Shown: positions 57,611 through 64,000 of the stretch, piece after piece | Position numbering within the stretch: the first letter of the stretch is position 1 | Layout of the letters: every line of letters begins with the position of its first letter | Source of the DNA: Candidatus Obscuribacterales bacterium | GTDB lineage: Bacteria > Cyanobacteriota > Vampirovibrionia > Obscuribacterales > Obscuribacteraceae | Assembly: GCA_965228855.1 (NCBI GenBank) | Contig: CBDDIJ010000002.1 | Location: 2,432,001 to 2,496,000, forward strand | DNA: 64,000 bases | Direction of reading: 5' to 3' | Translations under genes and position numbers: made by a program | Notes under the pieces: model-generated | What the model saw: the letters and a program-made list of their open reading frames with translations, nothing else | Database searches by the model: none | Told to the model about the DNA's origin: nothing

Positions 57611-58681
57611 ATGAAATACAAAACCCTGGGCGACACTGGTCTCTTAGTGTCCACGCTTTGCTTCGGTGCGATGACCTTTCATGGTGGTCGAGGACTGTTC
57701 GCAATGATGGGTGGTACGCAACAGGACGAGGCTGATGAACTCGTCAAGAAATGCATCGATGGTGGTATCAATTTCTTCGATACGGCCGACATATATTCGG
57801 AGGGCGGAAGCGAAGAGATGCTTGGGCAGTCCTTTCGCAATTTAGGAATTCAGCGGAAGGATGTGGTGATTGCCACCAAATGTGTCGGTCGAATGGGACC
57901 GCGCCACAACGATATCGGTGCTTCACGCAAGCACATAATCGAGGCTGTTGATGAGAGTTTGCATCGATTGCAGACTGATTATATCGATCTCTATCAACTG
58001 CACGGATCTGATTCGGTGACACCTCTGGAAGAGCAGCTTCGCGCTCTCGACACGCTTGTCCAACAGGGCAAGGTCCGTTACATAGGCTGTTCGAACTGGG
58101 CTGCCTGGAAATTGCAGCGAGCTCTCGATATTTCCGAATTCAAAAATCTTGCTCACTTCAATACTTTACAGGCGTATTACTCGATTGCAGGTCGCGATTT
58201 AGAGCGAGAACTGATTCCTTTAATGGAGAACTCGAAAACAGGATTGCTGGTTTGGAGCCCGCTTGCCGGCGGTTTGCTATCAGGTAAATTTGATCGCAAT
58301 AATCAAAAACCCGAAGATAGTCGTCGGTCCCAATTTGATTTTCCTCTAGTCGATAAAGAGCGGGCTTGGAATATCATCGATACGATGAAACCTATCGCGG
58401 AGGCGCATGACTCCACAGTTGCGAAGGTTGCGCTGGCTTGGTTGCTCTCGAAGCCTGTCGTCACTTCGGTCATCATTGGTGCCAAGAATATGAAGCAACT
58501 CGAGGACAACATCGGTGCAGTAGACCTGAATTTAACTGATGATGACCTGAAGAAGCTGGATGCCGTGAGCGCATTGCCGCCAGAGTATCCAGGCTGGATG
58601 ATTCCGTTTCAAAACATGGATCGACTTGATCCTAACTTCGATCGGTGGGCCGCTCTGCAGGAGCATGCCGCAGTTAAATAG
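57611..58681 (+). CDS. Aldo/keto reductase
   Basis: FFDTADIYS, LQTDYIDLYQLH, GKVRYIGCSN, WSPLAGGLLSGK. AAGGAG RBS. Confidence 0.92.
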   Translation: MKYKTLGDTGLLVSTLCFGAMTFHGGRGLFAMMGGTQQDEADELVKKCIDGGINFFDTADIYSEGGSEEMLGQSFRNLGIQRKDVVIATKCVGRMGPRHNDIGASRKHIIEAVDESLHRLQTDYIDLYQLHGSDSVTPLEEQLRALDTLVQQGKVRYIGCSNWAAWKLQRALDISEFKNLAHFNTLQAYYSIAGRDLERELIPLMENSKTGLLVWSPLAGGLLSGKFDRNNQKPEDSRRSQFDFPLVDKERAWNIIDTMKPIAEAHDSTVAKVALAWLLSKPVVTSVIIGAKNMKQLEDNIGAVDLNLTDDDLKKLDAVSALPPEYPGWMIPFQNMDRLDPNFDRWAALQEHAAVK

Positions 58682-58799
58682 TTGTATGCGGTTTCAATCG
58701 AAATGGATTTTTCAATCGAATGAGACCGCAGATATTCTGCAACGCATTAAAAGTTTCGCCGCGGCAAAGTAAGAGGGGCAACCTTACTTAATCGCACGA

Positions 58800-58843
58800 A
58801 CGGACAGACGTCGGGAGTCTTGCGGCTCCCGGCGTTTGTTTGT
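58800..58843 (+). terminator. Long stem-loop between convergent genes
   Basis: ACGGACAGACGTCGGGAGTC-TTGC-GGCTCCCGGCGTTTGTTTGT gives 20 bp with G.U pairs on the + transcript. Confidence 0.6.
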
Positions 58844-58861
58844 CTGTCAGTTTTTTCGTGA

Positions 58862-59593
58862 TTAAACTTGTGCAAAACCGCCGTCGACACAAAGGTCGAT
58901 TCCGGTGACATAACTAGAGTCGCTTGATGCCAGGAAGAGCGCGACCGTCGCAATCTCTTCGGATTTACCTATTCGACCCATCGGGACGAGCTTCTTAAAC
59001 TCGGCCTTCATCTCATCCGAAATGCCGTCCATAGCTGCCGTATCAATAGGACCCGGGCTTAGCAAGTTTACGCGAATTTTGCGTTCCTTCAAGTCATTGG
59101 TCCAGGATCTCGCGAATGAACGCAGTGCCGCCTTGCTTGCATTGTACACGCTGAACGCAGGCATTCCCTTGAGGTGTGCGACGGAGCCATTCATGATAAT
59201 CGAGGCACCATCAGGCATTAGTGGAAGTGCCTTCTGGACGGTGAAGAGCGTTCCTCGTACATTCAAGTTGAAGGTTTTGTCGAAGTGTTCTTCGGTGATG
59301 CTTCCGAGGGCTTGGAATTCACCAAGTCCAGCGCTGGCGAAGAGAACATCGATCTTTCCCTTTTCCGCTTTGATTGTTTCGAAAAGTTTGTCGAGATCCG
59401 CTAGATTAGCCGCATCTCCCTGAATTCCTTTGACGTTCTTTCCGATCGCTTTGACGGCATCGTCAAGGTTGCTCTGCCTGCGTCCAGTGATGTAAACATA
59501 CGCGCCTTCCTCTACAAAAAGCTTAGCGGTTGCGAGCGCCATGCCTGAGGTCGCTCCTGTGATGACGGCAACTTTGCCTTCGAGTTTTCCCAT
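58862..59593 (-). CDS. Short-chain dehydrogenase/reductase (SDR)
   Basis: [13 protein letters not shown] (YxxxK), [16 protein letters not shown]. Confidence 0.92.
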   Translation of the reverse strand: MGKLEGKVAVITGATSGMALATAKLFVEEGAYVYITGRRQSNLDDAVKAIGKNVKGIQGDAANLADLDKLFETIKAEKGKIDVLFASAGLGEFQALGSITEEHFDKTFNLNVRGTLFTVQKALPLMPDGASIIMNGSVAHLKGMPAFSVYNASKAALRSFARSWTNDLKERKIRVNLLSPGPIDTAAMDGISDEMKAEFKKLVPMGRIGKSEEIATVALFLASSDSSYVTGIDLCVDGGFAQV

Positions 59594-59832
59594 TGGTGTA
59601 AACACTCTCCATTGTTTAGTCTGTATATCGAGCCTTAAAAGTACGCGCGCAGTTTACTGGTGAGTAAGAATCTCACCAGGCGGGGCGTTGACGCTGTTTG
59701 CAGCGCCGAAGCGCGGTCTTTGGAGAATAATAGACCGGTCGACTAGTTTCGTCAATACCTCATGTATGCTCTGTTTAGCAAACGTTCGTTATATAGGCTT
59801 CGTCTATCAGACCTTTGATATGGGGGCTTTCT

Positions 59833-61230
59833 TCAGCAAACGTTCGATTCACCCAGGATATATGTCCGTTTTCGATCGGTTTTAGCTAGGATTCCGATCG
59901 CCTCCTTAATATCTTCCATCAATATATCTGCGAGGTCCCGGGTGAAACTTTCTCGGACCACTATGCGAAGCACGGCGATGGATTCGGCTGCCGGCGGCAT
60001 GGTGTATGCCGGTACAATCCAGCCACGGGTGCGAAGCAGATGCGAAATGTCGAATACGTCACATTCACTGGTATCTTTCAGTTTAGCCACCACAATTGGT
60101 ATCGTGTTTTGCTTGCTGACGATCTCAAACTTGCCCGTTTTTTCCATTTCGCTGGAGAGATAACGCGCGTTTTCCAGAAGGTTGTCCATGATGTTACGGT
60201 AACCTTCTTTGCCGAGTCGAATGAAATTGTAATACTGGGCAATGACGTTGCTTGCACCCTGTGAGAAGTTGAGTGTGAATGTCGACATCTTTCCGCCGAG
60301 GTAGTTGATATCGAATACCAGCTCTTCCGGCAAATCTTCTTGATCGCGCCAGATTGCCCAACCCAAGCCCGGATACACCAGACCGAATTTATGACCGGAT
60401 GTATTGATGGAGCGAACTTGCTCCAGTCTGAAATCCCACTTCAAGCTTGGTCGAGTGAATGGTATCACAAAGCCACCACTGGCTGCATCAACGTGAATCG
60501 GTATGTCCAGACCCTTTTTCTTTTTGACTTGCAGAAGTTTTGAGTTGATTTCTTCTATCGGATCGAGTTCTCCAGTGAAGGTTTGACCGAGAATTGGCGC
60601 AACAAGAATGGTGTTTTCATCAACCGCTTCGGCGACTTGATCGGGATCCAGAGTAAAACGATTCGTCGTCAGAGGGAGTATGCGCTCTTCCACGTCGAAG
60701 TATCGAGCGAATTTGTGCCAGACTACCTGAGTGTTTGCGCCCAGCACCATATTCGGTTTTTCTATATCCAGGCCTTTTTTCTTGCGCTGTTCGCGCCACT
60801 TCCACTTGTGTGAGAGACCGGCAAGCATGATAGCCTCCGATGAACCGACAGTGGATGTTCCAGTGGCGTTTTCGTTCTTCGGCGCGTGATAGAGCCGCGC
60901 CAGCATGTTAATGCAGCGACGCTCGATCTTTTGTGTTTGCGGATATTCATCCCGGTCTATCAGGTTTTTGTTGAGCGATTCGTCAATGAGTTGTTGAGCT
61001 TGTGGCTCCATCCAGGTAGTAACGAAGGAGGCTAAATTTAGCGTCGGGTTACCGTCCAGATTCAATTCATCGCGGCAGACTTGATATGCCACCTCCGGTG
61101 GCATCGAATGTGGTGGTAACTCAAACTTAGGCACTGGCCGAGAGAGATACCGTGCACTGTAGCCTGGCGAGTGATGCAAATCTTCGCTATCGGCCTCTTT
61201 CGTGTTTTCCAGATCGGCTAGATTAGGCAT
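59833..61230 (-). CDS. gadB: Glutamate decarboxylase (PLP-dependent)
   Basis: NLASFVTTWME, IDRDEYPQT, STVGSSEA, HVDAASGGF, SINTSGHKFGLVYPG, RGWIVPAY. Confidence 0.93.
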   Translation of the reverse strand: MPNLADLENTKEADSEDLHHSPGYSARYLSRPVPKFELPPHSMPPEVAYQVCRDELNLDGNPTLNLASFVTTWMEPQAQQLIDESLNKNLIDRDEYPQTQKIERRCINMLARLYHAPKNENATGTSTVGSSEAIMLAGLSHKWKWREQRKKKGLDIEKPNMVLGANTQVVWHKFARYFDVEERILPLTTNRFTLDPDQVAEAVDENTILVAPILGQTFTGELDPIEEINSKLLQVKKKKGLDIPIHVDAASGGFVIPFTRPSLKWDFRLEQVRSINTSGHKFGLVYPGLGWAIWRDQEDLPEELVFDINYLGGKMSTFTLNFSQGASNVIAQYYNFIRLGKEGYRNIMDNLLENARYLSSEMEKTGKFEIVSKQNTIPIVVAKLKDTSECDVFDISHLLRTRGWIVPAYTMPPAAESIAVLRIVVRESFTRDLADILMEDIKEAIGILAKTDRKRTYILGESNVC

Positions 61231-61338
61231 ATGTCCTCCGTTGTTTGAGTAATTACTTTACGATCGAGTTTTTGATTCCTGTTGTTGTTTTCGATTCCTC
61301 TTGAAACTTCAATTCGATTGCAGTATCGCGAGTGGTGA

Positions 61339-63915
61339 TTAGGAAACGGTTGCATTCTCTTGTGCGGTTATCACAACCGCACATTTGTTATTAATGCGAT
61401 TCAGATACTTTCTGAAGACTCCTTGTTTAATAGCTTTGGCCAGATAGGCTCTGGGCAGCCCAAGAATGAGCAGGTCCTCTGTGGTTACGCTATCAAATTG
61501 TCTGAGAAGCGCCGCTGGCGAGTTCGCTTTCATCTTCTGTGTTTCTACTGAATATTGATGTTTCTTTTCTAGGAGGGAGTGAGCCTCCATCATATTTGCT
61601 TCAACAGACTCTGCTATTTCGGAGCGTTTGCCATTCGTACCGTCGACTCGACATAGAGTGATTTTCGTGTCGGTAGGGCAGTAGTTGAGGCAGATGTCCA
61701 GCGGAAGATTTGTGTCGAGAACTTCAGCAACGGGCAGAATGCAGTGCTTGCGTTTCGACTCGTGGAACAGCTTACCCAGGAGAATCACAGAGCATGTGCT
61801 TCTAGATAGGATAGATTGAATGAGCAAATCGCTCCTGCGCGACCGCTTGCTGCTGAAATATCGCATCAAGAATATGCTTATATTTCGGTCCGAGATTGTC
61901 TCGGCGATTGCTTCGGAAACGTCGTGCGCCACACGAATACTGGTGTGAATCGGTACGTCGAGCTCATTTCCAATTTTTTCACAGTGCTCGATCAGTTCCC
62001 GACCCTGGTCGATGGAGATGTCTGTAGTAGATGGTGACTGCTGCAGTGGAACCGTAATCACGTGCAGGCATTCGAGCTCGTAGTTTCGGGACTTTGCAAA
62101 TGATGCGGCAGTACGGACCAGGGAGTCTGCGCCGTTAGGATCGCCGACAGCAACCAGCATCCGGCCGTTTCCTGTTTCCGGAGAGCGGGTCTGGTAGACC
62201 GGATATGACCTGCTACCGGATGTGGTGCGCATTCCAAACGCTTGCGACTCTGCACTCAGAACATCTTTTCTTGTGATGATACCAATCAACTTGTCCGCTT
62301 CCACGACTGGCAAGCGGCTGACTTTGTAGCGGTCCATCAAAAACAACACGCCCGACAGCGGCTCATCCGGACTGACGGTAATCGGCTTTGGTGTCATAAA
62401 CTGTTCGACAGGCGTTACCGGTTTCAAGTCCGCAGCCTTTGCTTTTTTGAGATCCGGTTGGGCAATAATTCCGATTACTTTGTGATTTTCGTCAACCACC
62501 GGATAACCATTGTGAGTGTGCTCTTCGAATGTTGCGATAGCGAATTCCAGATTGGCGCTCTTAGGAATTGTTAGAACCTGCTTGGTCATGAAACTTCTAG
62601 CCTTGAGCTTGTTCATGACACCACTTTCGGTTTCTTCTTTCAGGTCGTAACCGCTCCAAACCATGAGCCGATCATAAATGGAGCCGGGGTCAAGTTTTTC
62701 CGCCACCAGATACGCTACCACGCAGCTTACCATCAAAGGTAATACCACATTGAAGTCCTGGGTCATTTCGAACACAATGACTACCGCAGTCATGGGAACT
62801 CGTGCCACTGCGCAGAAAAAGGCTCCCATACCGACTACGGACATTGTTGAGACATCGCCGTAGTTGGTAAGATACATTTCGAAAACCGCGACAAGGTGCC
62901 CGAGACATGCTCCAATAGTCAAACTTGGGGCAAAGAGTCCCCCAGGCGAACCCAGTCCGTACGCCAGTAACGTCAGGAACACCTGCACCAATAATGCGAT
63001 AACAATGACATGATTGGTCGTGCCATCCTGAATAAGCATGATGCGGAGACCGGCATAATTCCAATACAACTCAGGAAGGTGCATGATCACAAGTCCAGTT
63101 ACGAGACCTGCTATTGCGCAGGAGGCGATCACTGGAATTTTCAACCGCTCACGGTTGAGTGTCATTGCCGTCAACAGAGTTTTATTGAAAAAGGACGCGC
63201 TAACGCCGCTCACGAAGCCGAGTAAAATTAAAAACGGAATGTCGATGAAACGAAAAGTTGCTTGCGAAAATAGTTCCGAGATATTGATATCCAAGCTGTG
63301 AACACCCACGAGCCTCGAGGTCACAGCTGCGACAAAACATGCGACGACGGTTGTTCCAACCGCCATTCCGGACATCTTTTTGATGAGTTCCTCGAGAACG
63401 AAGAGAACGCCTGCCAACGGTGCATTGAAAGCAGCAGCGAGACCGGCTCCAGCTCCCGCGGCGATTAACTGGATTCTATGAGTCGGTGATGTTTTCAGCC
63501 AGCCACTGAACTTGGAAGCCAAAGCAGCTGAGATTTGAACAGTCGGACCTTCGCGTCCAAGCGCAAGACCGGAGCCCAACGATGTTACGCACCCTGCCAG
63601 TTTAACAAGCGCGGTGGTGAGATCTAGTCTGACAGGATGTCCGGAAAGAGCCGCCTTTGTCTGAGGGATGCCACTACCCGCGGCGCCAGGAGCTAGAAAT
63701 TGAATGAGTGCACCAGCGAATGCGCCGCCCGCAAGCCCGATTATCGGTAGATACCAGTTCCATTCGCTCGCTAGATGAACGCGTAGTGCACCGACGAAAC
63801 CGACTCCCCACTTCAATGCAACTGCGCCTAAAGCCGCAGCCAGACCGATGATACATGCTTCGGTGACTGCAATATTAGTTGGCGACTTGTGGGGGGAATG
63901 AGCGTTGGCGCTCAA
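61339..63915 (-). CDS. ClC chloride/proton exchanger with CBS pair and C-terminal universal-stress (USP)-like domains
   Basis: GSGIP, GREGP, FVLEEL, GLFAP; two CBS domains (YPVVD, RLPVVE); then MLVAVGDP...IRVAHDVSEAI. Confidence 0.9.
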   Translation of the reverse strand: MSANAHSPHKSPTNIAVTEACIIGLAAALGAVALKWGVGFVGALRVHLASEWNWYLPIIGLAGGAFAGALIQFLAPGAAGSGIPQTKAALSGHPVRLDLTTALVKLAGCVTSLGSGLALGREGPTVQISAALASKFSGWLKTSPTHRIQLIAAGAGAGLAAAFNAPLAGVLFVLEELIKKMSGMAVGTTVVACFVAAVTSRLVGVHSLDINISELFSQATFRFIDIPFLILLGFVSGVSASFFNKTLLTAMTLNRERLKIPVIASCAIAGLVTGLVIMHLPELYWNYAGLRIMLIQDGTTNHVIVIALLVQVFLTLLAYGLGSPGGLFAPSLTIGACLGHLVAVFEMYLTNYGDVSTMSVVGMGAFFCAVARVPMTAVVIVFEMTQDFNVVLPLMVSCVVAYLVAEKLDPGSIYDRLMVWSGYDLKEETESGVMNKLKARSFMTKQVLTIPKSANLEFAIATFEEHTHNGYPVVDENHKVIGIIAQPDLKKAKAADLKPVTPVEQFMTPKPITVSPDEPLSGVLFLMDRYKVSRLPVVEADKLIGIITRKDVLSAESQAFGMRTTSGSRSYPVYQTRSPETGNGRMLVAVGDPNGADSLVRTAASFAKSRNYELECLHVITVPLQQSPSTTDISIDQGRELIEHCEKIGNELDVPIHTSIRVAHDVSEAIAETISDRNISIFLMRYFSSKRSRRSDLLIQSILSRSTCSVILLGKLFHESKRKHCILPVAEVLDTNLPLDICLNYCPTDTKITLCRVDGTNGKRSEIAESVEANMMEAHSLLEKKHQYSVETQKMKANSPAALLRQFDSVTTEDLLILGLPRAYLAKAIKQGVFRKYLNRINNKCAVVITAQENATVS

Positions 63916-64000
63916 AATTCGCCTCCTCGGCGGAGATGAAGCAAGCTCACAAACAGCGCTTCAAAACGGACTCTGCGCCAGACATTATAACGCTATAAAC

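Noticed and set aside
58760..58800. c-di-GMP-I (GEMM) riboswitch-like GGCAAA...GCAA hairpin
   Set aside because: The second stem consensus is not evident and it lies 3' of convergent genes, with nothing to regulate in cis.
59731..59745. TAGACCGGTCGACTA, a NemR/TetR-like box upstream of the SDR gene
   Set aside because: Imperfect, single occurrence, no cognate regulator identifiable; too weak to call.

Overview
A gene-dense bacterial chromosomal segment of roughly 50% GC (judged by eye). I saw no rRNA, tRNA, CRISPR array, integrase or transposase. The gene style (WG-repeat lipoprotein, ClC-CBS-USP fusion, Gly-rich exported giant protein, no photosynthesis genes here) is compatible with a non-photosynthetic cyanobacterial relative (Melainabacteria/Vampirovibrionia), but that is inference only. 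Contents in order: (1) a LOV-domain histidine kinase, 5'-truncated by the window, with an OmpR regulator, then a 1764-aa Gly-rich exported protein; (2) a coupled operon DUF2911-like / exported PIG-L deacetylase / small membrane protein / Na+:solute symporter / half-size BshC-like / BshB1 / BshA, i.e. a bacillithiol-type pathway joined to an uptake module; (3) a DEAD-box helicase with a 21x hexapeptide tail; (4) an ArsR regulator divergent from a six-gene hydrogenase-4-like (Ehr) complex lacking NiFe ligands, followed by a variant beta-carbonic anhydrase that shares a 17-bp operator-like palindrome with the Ehr promoter; (5) a YbhGFSR-like ABC exporter, a lipid kinase and an orphan paaN; (6) a ubiquitin-like -GG protein coupled to a DUF4132-type protein; (7) redox/detox and housekeeping genes (OYE, YcaC, AKRs, SDR, TetR, MaoC, def, GH31, PlsC); (8) a densely structured 340-nt intergenic ncRNA candidate; (9) a clc-gadB acid-resistance pair. 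All family assignments come from motif recognition by eye, not database searches. Several start codons were moved from the ORF track to better RBS-supported positions.
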